Assembly (NCBI GenBank): GCA_951406725.2
Contig: OX597828.1
Coordinates: 17,360,001 to 17,424,000 of the forward strand
DNA from: Octopus vulgaris
Lineage: Eukaryota
Direction: 5' to 3'
DNA length: 64,000 bases
Shown piece by piece: positions 1-12,520 of this stretch; within the stretch, counting starts at the first letter, position 1; every line of letters starts with the position of its first letter. A program made the translations under genes and the position numbers. The notes beneath the pieces were generated by a model that saw only the letters and a list, made by a program, of their open reading frames with translations, searched no databases and was not told where the DNA came from.

Positions 1-21
1 AGCACATCCACACATCCACGC

Positions 22-244
22 ATGTATATATATATATATATGTATATATATATACTTATATATATATGTATATATATACTTATATATATATATATATTTA
101 TATATATACTTATATATATATATATGTATATATACTTATATATATATGTATATATATACTTATATATATATGTATATATATACTTATATATATATATACT
201 TATATATATATATGTATATACATATACTTCTATATACACATATA
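22..244. repeat. (TA)n-based compound microsatellite with recurring TATACT/TATG interruptions
   Basis: Direct reading of the sequence. Confidence 0.95.
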
Positions 245-454
245 GGCATAGATAGAACTGTGTATATCTCGGCCTAAATGCACCTTTTGAAAGACTTGTA
301 CACAAACATACACTTCACATTATTATCTGAAGCACCGAAGAAAATATGTGAATAGATAAAACGAATTTCTCAAAAGAAATACATAAGCTAAACAATGAAT
401 ATTAACCCGTCTGTAGATTAATGTGGAATGTGTTGACTTTCCGTCTGTCTTACA

Positions 455-471
455 CTCTCTCTGTCTCTCTG

Positions 472-521
<50 letters not shown>

Positions 522-618
522 CCTCTGCCTTTGTATATCTCTGTGTTTCTGTCTATCTTGTTTTCTCTCTCCCTCCTTCTTTTTCGTTTCTCTATTTTTT
601 TCCCTCCTTCTGTCTCTA
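455..618. repeat. (CT)n / pyrimidine-rich microsatellite
   Basis: Direct reading. Confidence 0.9.
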
Positions 619-1400
619 TTGTAATTAACGAAGAATATCGTCTCAGATATACGTTTAAGATATTTAAGTACGCTTGTAGCGTTTGTTATCAGAAATATTA
701 GTAGTTTTAACAATAAGAAATTTCTGTACGATAACAGAGTATAAAATGAAAGCGACTCGCAGTTACAGAAACCTTAACTTTTTCTAAAGATGTTGATAGA
801 ATTGCAACGTTGTAAGTGATATAAAGATAGAGTTAGAGAGAAATAGAAAAAAGAAAGAGAGAGAGAGAGAGAAAGAAGAAGACAGAAAACATGAAGAAAA
901 CCAGGCGTAGACAAAGACATCATACCTACATATATGTGTTTGCCAAATTTTTTCGACGAAGTGAAGAGCCGTAAAATAGACCCCCTAAGTACGTGTAGGA
1001 AGCTGCGGGTGAATGGAGAGAAGTTGGCACCTGCTGTGATAGCAAAACAAATCTTCATTATTTTTTCATCATTCTAGAGTTGAGATTTTTCATATGGAGT
1101 CAATATATAAACTCTGTTATGTATGCTTATACGCTCTTCTCTAATAAAGCGCCTATTACCACTCGGTGGAGTGTGCATGCATGCGTGCGTGCGTAAGTGC
1201 GTAAGTACGTAAGTACGTAAGGGCGTACGTGCGTTCGAGTGTGCGTATATGTGTGTGTTGGGAGGGGGCGTGTGTGTTTGCGTGTTTGTGGTCTGTATTT
1301 GATGTGGGTTTATAACAGTGGTTTCCTTTGCCCCTGTCTTAGTTGTTTATAATTGTGTACACACAGGTGCTGGTGTATTTCTGTGCATATGGGCGAGCGT

Positions 1401-1762
1401 GAGCAGGGCGTTGCTGTGTGGTGAGAAGCTTGCTTCCCAACCACATGGTTCCGGGTTCAGTCCCACTGCGTTCCACCTTCGACAAGTGTCTTCTACTATA
1501 GCTTCGGGCCGACCAACGCCTTGTGAGTGGGTTTGATAGACGGAAAGCGAAAGAAGCCCGCCGTATTTATATATATATTTATGTGTGTGTGTGCGCGCGT
1601 GCGTCTTTGTGTCTGTGCTTATCTCGTACTATTGCTTGACAACCGGTGTTGGTGTGTTTAAGCCCACATGAATTAGCAGTTCAGCTAAAAGCATGATAGA
1701 ACATGCGTCAATCAAAGCAAAACCCCACCATGGCCGCAGTCTGAAACAAGAAAAAGAAAAGA
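1401..1762 (+). mobile_element. tRNA-headed SINE, family A (internal TA/TG microsatellite; 3' end ...gactgaaacaagtaaaagag), diverged copy
   Basis: Pol III A/B-box-like head (gctgtgtggt...gggttcagtccc); aligns by eye with the copies at 20165-20576, 31355-31738 and 43046-43392. Confidence 0.85.
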
Positions 1763-2047
1763 TAAATGATAAACGCATACACACACACACACACACACTC
1801 ATACACCTCCACACACAAACGCAGCACGCAAACACACGCAACACACACACACACACACACACGCGCGCGCACAAACACACAACACACCCACGCATACGCG
1901 CACAGCTGAAGACAGTTGAAGAGAGAAAAGACGGATAAGAAAGAGAAAAGAAGGAACATAGATAGACACAAAGTGAGATCGAGAGAAAGACAGAGAGAGA
2001 GAGAGAGAGGGCGATTCAAAGAGAAATGAATAAAGGAAGGGGACACC

Positions 2048-2228
2048 TTTTATCTTTTATATATTTCAGTCATTGGAGCGCGGCCATGCTGGGGCACCAC
2101 TTTAGGGGTGGTATAATTAAACAGATCAACCCCAGTACATTTATCAATCTCTCTTGCCGAACAGCCAGGTTACGGATACGCAAACAAACAGAGGACAAAC
2201 AGACAAAAAGAAAGATACACAAATTGTC

Positions 2229-2269
<41 letters not shown>

Positions 2270-2445
2270 TGTGTGTGTGTGTGTTTGTGTGTGTGTGTAT
2301 TATGTATGCATATAAGAGCGGTAAGTTTCGAGACAGTTTTCCTGGAGCAAATTCATTAACGAGGTATTGTTCTGTCCTTATCCAAGGTGCTACGCTGCGG
2401 GACTGAACCCGAGGCAGTATAGTTGCCAAGCGAGCTCCTTACATA
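2048..2445 (-). mobile_element. SINE family A, degenerate copy
   Basis: tttcagtcattggagcgcggccatgctggggcacc ... ccaaggtgctacgctgcgggactgaaccc matches the reverse complement of family A. Confidence 0.75.
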
Positions 2446-2486
2446 CACGACATCTGAAAAGACAAAAAAAACAAAAATCATTGACA

Positions 2487-2660
2487 TGTAGGTGCTGGTA
2501 TGGCGGTGTGGTAAGGAGTTTGTTTCCCAAACATATGGTTGCAGGTTCAGTCTCACTGCGCGGCAAGTTGGACAAGTGTATTCTATTATGATCTCGGGCC
2601 GACCAAGCTCTTGTGATTTGATTTGGTAGGCAGAAACTGAAAGAAGACTAGCATACATAC
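2487..2660 (+). mobile_element. SINE family A, 5' half
   Basis: ggcggtgtggtaaggagtttgtttcccaaacatatggttgcaggttcagtc...gaaactgaaagaag. Confidence 0.75.
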
Positions 2661-2951
2661 ACACACATACACACATATATATGTATATATATATATAAAA
2701 CTTACTTGCAAGAGAATGCGTGTCGTTCGATCATATAATAATGTAAATAATATATAAATATATGCATATATACATACATATATGTACCTTCCTATATATA
2801 TATGTAAATATACATCCATATATGGGTACAGGACATGAAAAGAACGTGGACGCAATGAGAGACTAAAAGATTAAAACAAAATCAGAAAACGAACTTTTGT
2901 GAACATTCCCTTCATCAGTTGTCTCTCTTTCATCTACTCCGCGTTCCGAAG

Positions 2952-2990
<39 letters not shown>

Positions 2991-3247
2991 CTGTTTGTGT
3001 ATGTGTGTGTGTATGTTTATACGTATATGTACATATATATATATACATACATATATATATATATACATACATATATATATATATGTATATATATATGTGT
3101 TTGCGTGTGTGTGTGCGCGCGTGTGTGTGTGTGCGTATATACGTGTGTGTGTGTGTGTGAAAAATAAGAAAAAAGAGGGAAAAAAGCAAAGATTTATCTC
3201 TGAGGCATCTTTTCCTTTACTATTGATTCTGTGTCTTTGTTTCTGTG

Positions 3248-3289
<42 letters not shown>

Positions 3290-3290
<1 letters not shown>

Positions 3291-3515
3291 GTATATGTTT
3301 GTGTGTCTGTGTTTGTCCCTTTGCTTCCCCAACATCGCTTGAGAGCCGATGCTGGTGTGTTTACGTCCCCATAACTTAGCTGTTGCGCAGAAGAGACCTA
3401 TATAATAAGTAGTAGGCTTACAAAAAAAAGAAGTCATGGGTTCGATTTGCTCGACTGAAGGCGTTGCTCCAGCATGGCCGCAGTCATATGACTGAAACAA
3501 ATCAAAGAGTAAAGG
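3290..3515 (+). mobile_element. SINE family A, 3' half
   Basis: caacatcgcttgagagccgatgctggtgtgtttacgtcccc...ccagcatggccgcagtcatatgactgaaacaa. Confidence 0.85.
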
Positions 3516-3856
3516 AGCATATACATAAAATTTCCTGCTGTACCATAACGTCTGTATCGGTCATACACCTGGGTAAAAATTTCGAAGAAAATACAGACAA
3601 AATTCCGAGAAGAAAATGAGAGGAATGAGAGAGGAAAAAATAAAGAAAAGCAGAGAGTAGTTCTGAGACATGGATACATAACGTTATAAAGGAGTATAAT
3701 GTTATGCAAACGATATTAAAATGTTAATTCGGAAAAATATCATTAATTATTTTTAGAGTTAATGAGTTTAGAAATTCTTATAAATATTTGCAATCTTTTA
3801 CATAAAACTTTTGGACAGTAAAAATAAATTTCAATAAACTAACACTAGACATATCC

Positions 3857-3977
3857 ACACACACACACACACACATACACACACACACACATACACACAC
3901 ACACACAGACAGGCGCGGGCACGCATATAGGCGAACATAGATACATCTACATATGTACATATAAATACATACATACA

Positions 3978-4017
<40 letters not shown>

Positions 4018-4341
4018 TACATGTGTACGTAAATTATATATATATATGCATATATATATTTACATATATATATTATATAATTATATATATATATACATAT
4101 ACGCAGGTATAAATAAAATGAATAAATAAATCTATATGCATATGTAGGTAGACACTCACATCCACACACCCACCGACATATCCCCCCTCACACGAACTCA
4201 CACGTTCTCACAGACACTGGCATATATACATACATATACATATATAAATATATGTATATGTATGTATATATGTGTATATATATATATATATATATGTGTA
4301 TGTATATTGTATATATGTATATATATATATACATATATGCA

Positions 4342-4385
<44 letters not shown>

Positions 4386-4436
4386 TGCATATATGTATAT
4401 ATATATATATATATATGTGTGTATATTGCATATATG

Positions 4437-4482
<46 letters not shown>

Positions 4483-4505
4483 ATATATATATATATATTG
4501 TGTGT
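3857..4505. repeat. (CA)n/(TA)n compound microsatellite block
   Basis: Direct reading. Confidence 0.9.
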
Positions 4506-4647
4506 AATAGAATTTTCAGAATTAATTGGAATCTTAAGATTTTGTTGATTAATCTAAATTCTGCTTCTGTTGCAATAAAAAATAAAAATCTAAATAAAAA
4601 AAACAAATAAATATATAAAGAAAGAAAGAAAGAATTAAAAATCAAAA

Positions 4648-4683
4648 ATAATAATAATAATAATAATAATAGTAATAATAATA

Positions 4684-4725
<42 letters not shown>

Positions 4726-4793
4726 GCAGTAGTAGTAGTAGTTGTAGTAACAACAATAACAATAATAATACTATCAACAATAATAATAATGAT

Positions 4794-4835
<42 letters not shown>
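4648..4835. repeat. (TAA)n/(TAG)n/(CAA)n trinucleotide microsatellite
   Basis: Direct reading. Confidence 0.95.
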
Positions 4836-5304
4836 GGCAACATAAAACCAAAACAAACCATTAATATTTCTATAGAAGAGCGAAGAAAACTATTGACCAC
4901 GATATCAATAATCAATAGTATAGTTTTGGAGGTAACTAGATATTAACTGATATATCAATAGAAGATATTACATTTTAGATAGGATATTGAAATCGATCGA
5001 TACATCAATAATCATATTGTAGACGCTATGATCAGGTTATTATAATCGATAATCCCAATACTTGCAAGAATTATCACTACTTTTAGGTATTTTGGTCGGT
5101 GTATGCGCAAGCAAAGAATTTTACAGAGTCATTCATTGCTCTATTATATATTGCCTCTACCATTCCTTTTCAGCTTCCAGGAATATTGTAAATACCGTAG
5201 CAATTGCTTGGTTTTCATAGCGTCTAGGGATTTTAAGCTTCATCAATTTTGTATCTAGGTTTCTGTTACTAAGGATGCAATCTTTTTTATAATTTTCTAT
5301 ACTA

Positions 5305-5490
<186 letters not shown>

Positions 5491-5667
5491 GTGTTTTGAC
5501 TTTGCAATCCTCAGTGTTGGAAAAGAGCCTCAGAATCTACTCTCAATGACAGAAAATTATATGCGTACAGTATCAGTACTTAAATTGCATTCGGAGAAAT
5601 GTAATTATCTAAAGGGTCTTCTAGCATTATATTCCCCCAACGTTGGAAATGGTGGTGGGGAGTAGCA

Positions 5668-5730
5668 AATAATAATAATGATAATAATAATAATAACAAT
5701 AACAATAATAATAATAATAATAACAAAAAT

Positions 5731-5766
<36 letters not shown>

Positions 5767-5825
5767 AATATTAATAATAATAGTAATAATAATAACAATA
5801 ATAATAATAATTATAACAGCAACAA
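5668..5825. repeat. (TAA)n microsatellite
   Basis: Direct reading. Confidence 0.95.
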
Positions 5826-6865
5826 AATACGTAGCAGAAACGAAATACGAACAAAAAGGAGAAGCGAGGTATTTTAGAAAAATGTATTTGAATAAGCTCA
5901 AGATATAGAAATGTATATTCTATAATGTGTTTTGAGATATGTTTTAGAAACCGAAACACATTTTTCTATATCGCATTTTAATGCAAAGGAAAAAAAATGA
6001 GGCGAGGGTTACATATATATTTAATGATGAAGTTAAACGGGGTAATGTTAATAATAATGGCTAATATACAGGGAGAGCGTAAAGTTAATGAAGTTGAACC
6101 ATCTCCATGGCCTCGCCTCGCCTCACTTCGCCCCAGCTTTCCCATTTGATACAGAATTCATTTTTATCTACTACTGTTACATTCAGCCTAAGAAATGAAA
6201 GGCTAAGTCGAATCCAGCGAGGTTTGAAAATAGAGAGCAAGATGGTGGAAACTAAATACTGTAATGTACTCAGATTGGCGCTGGTCTGTCTCGGTCATTT
6301 CGATCACCCATGGTGTTGTATATATTTATGTACTTACGTTGATACAAACATATGCATGCATGTATGTGTGTATGTATGCATGTATGCATGCATCACGTAT
6401 GTATATGTGTATGTATATATATGTATACATATGTATGTACATATGTAGATATGTGTATGTATATATATGTATACATATGTATGTACATATGTAGATATAT
6501 GTATGTATCTCAACACACACACATACAAACATAAATATATACATAGTACTATATACATATGTATAGATATATACATGAACATGTATATATGCTTGTATAT
6601 ATACGCACACACATATATACATGCATGTATGCATACATATAAATGCATGAGTGTAAAGTGAGAGAAAGGGAGAGGGAGAGAAAGAGAGAGAGTAAGAGTG
6701 GCATAGGGTACATAGATATCGGGTGCAAAAAAAGGTAAATATATGGAAATAGACACATAATATCAAAACTACATTTTTCCCTAGGGAATATTACAGAATT
6801 GGTTAAGGATCTGCAATCTGTTATAGAATTATCAAATATATAATATATATATATATATATGTATG

Positions 6866-6897
<32 letters not shown>

Positions 6898-7414
6898 AGA
6901 TAGAGAGAAATAAGAAAAAAGAGGAAAACCAGCAAAGATTTATCTCTGAGGCATCTTTTCTTTTACTATTGATTCTGCGTTTCTGTTTTCAGTAACTATA
7001 TATTGGAATATGAAAAGTTATCATTACAAGAGTGTATATAATTATAATCGAAGTTTATGTATTCTAACTGAAAGCCAGAAACATTACTAGCAAATATAGT
7101 GAGAAATGTTTACAAAATTATTGTGGTGTGACGCATTTCTCTGGTTTGGTGTTGTTAAAATTGGTTTCTTTACGACGTGGCGTATATTTTAAGTCAAGTA
7201 TATCGTATTGTTTAAAAAGAATGGAAGCCTAATAATGTAGATTTGAGAGAATCATAGGTAACAATTGCACTTTTTTTCAGCACCAAGTCATACTTGATTT
7301 AAAGGCTCTAAGATATAAATCGTTTATGTCTGCAGCCATGATGTGACCATATCACATTCTGCACTATGATGCACTTTGTTCAATATATTGTAATTACATT
7401 GTAAGGGACTAGGG

Positions 7415-8057
7415 TGCCTTCAGTTTTGTGGTCGTACTAATTTTTTGATATGTCAAGTCCATACTTGTTGCAAATGGACAAGCCTGGCTATATGTCGTGA
7501 CGTCGCTTATATTCCTTCTGGGCTAGTGGCGTACATTGTCTGGTAATATGCCATACGGTTTCACCGTTTTGTCCACAGATTATGCATTTATCACTTTCTG
7601 ATGTGTCGTATATTTTGTATTTTATGTAGTTTGTTCTTAGTGCTTGCTCTTGGGTAGCACAGATTAGGGCCTCCGTTCTGGTTTCAAATCATCCAGAGCC
7701 ATCTTTTCCCTCTCTCTGTCTTATCTTCAACATCCCTATGAAAATGACCATGCATTATTTCTTTACCCACCTATTTTCAGTTTCATTCGTTTTCAATTTC
7801 TTGTATAGTGCTTTATCTTTACATTTTCCCATACTACACAAACCTGACCTTCCTACTTCTAATAGTAGCGGTTCTGTAGCATTTTTTACTTACCAAGCTT
7901 TGTTGTTTTCTTCTGCTAAAATGTCGTGTTCACATCCAATAAGTCCTCTTCTCCCTCTTTTTCTTGGTACAAACAGTCTGTCTGTGGCACTTTTTGGGTG
8001 GAGTAACCCATATCTAGTTAGCAACTTCCTTGTCTTTCTGTTTAAGTTGTTTAGTCC
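7415..8057 (-). mobile_element. Decayed R4/Dong-clade RLE non-LTR retrotransposon fragment #2 (RT thumb to CCHC zinc knuckle to RHD)
   Basis: Minus-strand translation across frameshifts: LNRKTRKLLTRYGLLHPKSATDRLFVPRKRGRRGL ... TEALICATQEQALRTNYIKYKIYDTSESDKCIICGQNGETVWHITRQCTPLAQKEYKRRHD; motifs typical of R4/Dong ORFs. Confidence 0.85.
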
Positions 8058-8860
8058 GTCTAGCATATTCACATCTATCTTTCTGTCAGTTTAAATGGTA
8101 AAGTACCTGAGGAGTGAGAAGTGATCATTTTCAAGCACTGGGGGTGGTTTGTGTTTCCATCAGTTTTTATCATGGGGTATGTCCAAGTTCTTGCAAATTA
8201 CCCAGTGAATATATTGTGCTGCTCTATCATGCCTGCTTAGATACTCTGTAGGTGCAAGAAGACTGCACATGGAGAGAACATGATCAAGGGTTTCATTTTG
8301 TTGTTGACATACACGACATGTTGGCTCACTGCCTTTCTGTAATATGTTGGCCTGGTATTTTCTTGTAGGTAGGCATTGATATTGAGTCGCTATGATAAAA
8401 CCTTCTGTTTCTGATTTTATGCCAGAAGACACTAAGCATTGATGGGTAAGGGCTTTGTTCACATCGGCACTATTTGCTCTCTTTAGGTATTTGCCACCGA
8501 GAGGGGTTTTTTTGCCTTTTATCAGTAAGAAGGCAGCAGTTTTAGCACGGGTTTTCATACGCTTAGCTTTTTCTGTGCTTGTTTCCAGTACGTCTAATTC
8601 TGGAATTTGTTGTATTTGGAATTCTTTTAGATATTCCTTTGCCTGTTTTGCTTCTGAGTATGATGCTTTCTTGTTTTCATGCTTTGAGACAAGTTTTAAC
8701 ATCCAGCTACCCACTTTTCTTCGCAGGTAAAGTCGTTCTATATCTGCTTTAAGGTGGTGTAGTCTATGCGTTGTTAACAATTTCGGTATTTTTCTGAGAA
8801 GATTACATATTTCAGTAATTGACCAGTTAATGATATTGAAACCGTAAGACACGGTATGGT
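8058..8860 (-). mobile_element. Decayed R4/Dong-clade RLE non-LTR retrotransposon fragment #1 (RT C-terminus, zinc knuckle, start of RLE)
   Basis: ORF 8160..9017: SYGFNIINWS...HHLKADIERLYLRRKVG...ETEGFIIATQYQCLPTRKY...CRVCQQQNETLDHVLSMC...EYLSRHDRAAQYIHW; continues past a stop as WKHKPPPVLENDHFSLLRYFTI*TDRKIDVN. Confidence 0.9.
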
Positions 8861-8896
8861 TAACATATTGATCGCTCCGATCCGGTTTCTTGCATT

Positions 8897-8936
8897 CATT
8901 ATTATTATAATTATAATAATAATAATAATAATAATA

Positions 8937-8963
<27 letters not shown>
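8897..8963. repeat. (TTA)/(TAA) microsatellite next to the Dong-like fragment
   Basis: Direct reading. Confidence 0.9.
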
Positions 8964-8964
<1 letters not shown>

Positions 8965-8967
<3 letters not shown>

Positions 8968-9105
8968 CGGTGAGCTGCCAGAATCGTCAGCATGACGATC
9001 AAAGTGCTTAGCAGCATTCCCTCCGTCTTTATGTTCTGAGTTCAAATGCCGCCGAGGTTAACTCTGCCTTTCATCCTTTCGGGTTCGGTAAAATAAGTAG
9101 AAAGG
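8965..9105 (+). mobile_element. SINE family B (ggcggcgagctggcagaa...ccgccgaggtcgactttgcctttcatcctttcgggg), partial
   Basis: Similarity to the copies at 9596 and 17692. Confidence 0.75.
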
Positions 9106-9595
9106 ATTATTATTATTATAATTATTATTATTTTATGTGTCTGTATGTTAGTTGGTTTAAATGCTTATATATGTTATGAGAGTTAATAGGTACGTACCTA
9201 AACTAAAGGGAAAGTAGCTATTCAAAGTCACTGACACACAACATAGAAGTTCCACGAGTCGCTCTATTTTTTTTTTAATTAACGCTGAGTTAATTTCAAA
9301 TATTGATTACAGATCTGTATGTGATCGGCCGCTCGGACAGATACAGCTTCCAACGACCTTAATTGTCCAAGATACAGATAGCTTCTCAATGATTTAAATA
9401 AATCACCCGATTCAATCACATTTGGTTTCATTTGATTCTTCTTAAGATAGACACATCAGTCTTTTACTACCAAAGATAATTTTGATCCCCATTAATTATT
9501 TTAAGACATTTTATGTCTTAGCACTGCAAGAATGAACAATAACTTGTTTGCAAGATTTCATTTCTCGTTTCTAGTTTTCAATATGATTGTCTAGT

Positions 9596-9809
9596 AAGGC
9601 GGTGAGCTGGCAGAAACGTTAGCACGCCGGGCGAAATGCATAGCGGTATTTCGTCTGCTGTTACGTTCTGAGTTCAAATTCCGCCGAGGTCGACTTTGTC
9701 TTTCATCTTTTCGGGGTCGATAAATTAAGTACTAGTTGCCTACTAGGGTCGATCTAATCGACTGGCCCCTCCCCCAAAATTTTTGGCCTTGTGCCTAGAA
9801 TAGAAAGGT
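9596..9809 (+). mobile_element. SINE family B, full length with TSD
   Basis: B-box-like gagttcaaattcc; 15-bp TSD atatgattgtctagt (9581-9595) / atatgtttgtctagt (9810-9824). Confidence 0.9.
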
Positions 9810-10383
9810 ATATGTTTGTCTAGTTTGCAATAGGCTTAGAGAATGGCAATCAACAATCACTGATTAACTTCTTATCAATTCATCTATGTCTTATAAACTC
9901 AAGATACGTCGACAACTTCATTATAAATGATCACCTTAGTCTCACATGTAACAGATTCCTTGATTATTTCGTTTTATTTCTTATTTGACGTTCCCAGATT
10001 TCACAATTCCACCTCATGTCATTTAACGAACAGATGTTATCTAATGCGTACAAATGTGTTTTTATAGATTTATCAAAGTCTTGCACCATTTGTTGATACT
10101 GTATTTAGAGATAGCGTTTCAAATTTTACTCCTTTTCACTATTGTCTTCCATCTTTCCGATCGATATAATAAAGTACTTTTCAAGCAGTGGCGCTGAGCT
10201 GAAGTATGTATTTTTTAAGCTATGCCAGAAACGCATTACCATCACCACCACCACCACCACCACCACCATCAACAACAACAATCCTCTAACACACCCACAA
10301 TCATCACATCGTTATCAACGTCATCACCACCACAACCCTCAGCATGATCATATAATTATCACCATTACTATTGTTATTATTGT

Positions 10384-10693
10384 GGAAGCACAGGGCCTAG
10401 TGGCTAGTGCAGCGGACTCACGGTCGAGGTATCGCAAGTTCGAATCTCAGACCGGGCGATGTGTGTGATTATCAGCGAATCACCTAAGCTCCACGCGGCT
10501 CCAGAAGAAGGCAATAGCGAACGTCTGTTGACACTTTCACCACATCTTTCTCTCAATCTTTCCTCCTGCATCTAGCACCTCACTCGCGACGGACCGGCGT
10601 CCCGTCCAGGTGGGGAACCTATATGCCAAGGAAACCGGAAAAACCGGCCCTTATAAGCCAAGCATGGCTCGAGAAGAAACAAACAAGAAAAAA
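10384..10693 (+). mobile_element. tRNA-headed SINE, head C + tail X (ggaccggcgtcccgtccagg...gaaaccgg)
   Basis: A/B boxes (ggcctagtgg, agttcgaatctc); same family as 42321-42630. Confidence 0.85.
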
Positions 10694-10719
10694 CTATGAT
10701 TGTCATTGAATACGTCGTA

Positions 10720-11203
10720 CAGTATACAATATTGTTTTGTAGTAGATTGAAGATGCCGTGTGTGCCGGGGTTTTGCTACTGTCTGTTAAGTCATAACAAG
10801 GACCTCAATCAGACAGCGTTTTACGCAGTATGCTTCCAGTTCCAAGTAAAACCGATTGTTTAAATACACCAAGATTTTAACGTATTTCTAAAGTTTCCAG
10901 ATGTTTCTTCAGGTTGGGTCATACTGAACCCGATGTTCTATGGCAACAGAAACAACATTTATTGTATTTCTTGTGACCCTTTATATGAAAATCTCAACTG
11001 AACACGCTCCGAGAGCAAATCCTACAGAAAGCCATTATCATTTGTTGCAATGATGATATGTAATACCAATAAAAGGAATGAGATGACCGAGAAGACTCAC
11101 GTGGATGTCCCAGACACTGGATCCCCTGGGTCGTCAGGGGCACCTCGAAGAACAATAGAGTGGAAGATAGACTACACTCGGCCGTGGCCCTTCTACAGGT
11201 CAA
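10720..11203 (-). mobile_element. R4/Dong-like LINE remnant: ORF C-terminus plus 3'UTR (10720-10975), joined to a putative 5' segment abutting (TAA)n
   Basis: Minus-strand translation ...PNLKKHLETLEIR*NLGVFKQSVLLGTGSILRKTLSD* resembles the R4/Dong C-terminus (LQKxALLGTAHILRKxL); identity of the 10990-11203 part is inferred. Confidence 0.65.
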
Positions 11204-11269
<66 letters not shown>

Positions 11270-11345
11270 CATTATTATTATTATTATTATTATCATTATT
11301 ATTATTATTATTATTGGTATCATTATTATTGTTATTATTATTAAC
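11203..11345. repeat. (TTA)n microsatellite
   Basis: Direct reading. Confidence 0.95.
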
Positions 11346-11349
11346 AATA

Positions 11350-11790
11350 AAGAGGCACGCTGGAAGAGTGGTTAGCATCCAGTCAAAATGCTTAGCGGCA
11401 TTTCGTCCGTCTCTACGTTTTGAATTCAAGTTTTACCGAGATCTATTTTGCCTTTCAACATTTTGGGGTCGATAAATCAAGTACCAGTTGAACATTGTGG
11501 TCGATGTAATCGACTAGTCGCTACCCACTAAAGGTTTCAGGCCTTGCGCCTTCAGTAGAGAGGATTATTACTATTAGTAGTAATAAGGCAGCGAGCTGGC
11601 GGAATCGTTAACATTCCGGAAAAAATGCTTAGCGGCATTTCGTCCGCCTTCACGCTCTGAGCTAAAATTCCACCGATGTATACTAACTTTCTTCCCTTCG
11701 GAGTCTATAAATTGAGCACGACCTGAGCACTGGGGTCGGTGTACTCCATTACCTCTTCCACAAAAATTTCAGGCTTTCTGCCAATAGATT
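11350..11790 (+). mobile_element. Two adjacent diverged SINE family B copies (11350-11570, 11585-11790)
   Basis: Both carry atgcttagcggcatttcgtccg and ggtcgat/ggtcggt blocks. Confidence 0.75.
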
Positions 11791-11979
11791 ATTAATATTA
11801 TCACTAGTATTGTAATTGGCAAAGATTTTATCCTTGGGTTTCATGACATCAAGTTTCCTCAAATCACAAGAACATTTCTCACGATCTTTCATCGTTTCGG
11901 GTCGATCAGATACAGTATTGATGCCAAATTCAGCGACGAGCAAACCCGAACTATGGGTTTCTGCTTATATAGAAAACGA

Positions 11980-12248
11980 CATGTATATATGTATGAAAGT
12001 ATGTATGTATGTATGTATGTATGTATGTATGTATGTATGTATGTATGTATGTATGTATGTAGATAAGTTAGGTATATGAATGAATATATACGTATATCTG
12101 TATATATATATATATAAATATACATATATATGTGTGTGTGTATGTGACTATACACGTATGTATATATATATGTGTGTGTGTATGTGTCTATATACGTGTG
12201 TATATATATATATATGTGTGTGTATATCTTTATATATATATATATATT

Positions 12249-12311
<63 letters not shown>

Positions 12312-12353
12312 ACTATTAGTTTATGTATCTCTCCCTGTATCTATTTATCCATT

Positions 12354-12404
<51 letters not shown>

Positions 12405-12520
12405 ATGTGTGTGTATACCCACCTACCTATTTGTCTATCTGCATTTAAAAATATAGTTATACTGTATATATACACATGTATAAATATACAGATATAGCTA
12501 TACACTATATATACACTCAC
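11980..12520. repeat. (TATG)n/(TA)n/(TG)n/(CT)n compound microsatellite
   Basis: Direct reading. Confidence 0.9.

Noticed and set aside
8160-9017. 285-aa ORF as a functional gene
   Set aside because: Its N-terminus is antisense SINE plus (TAA)n; the rest is a truncated LINE fragment with downstream stops.
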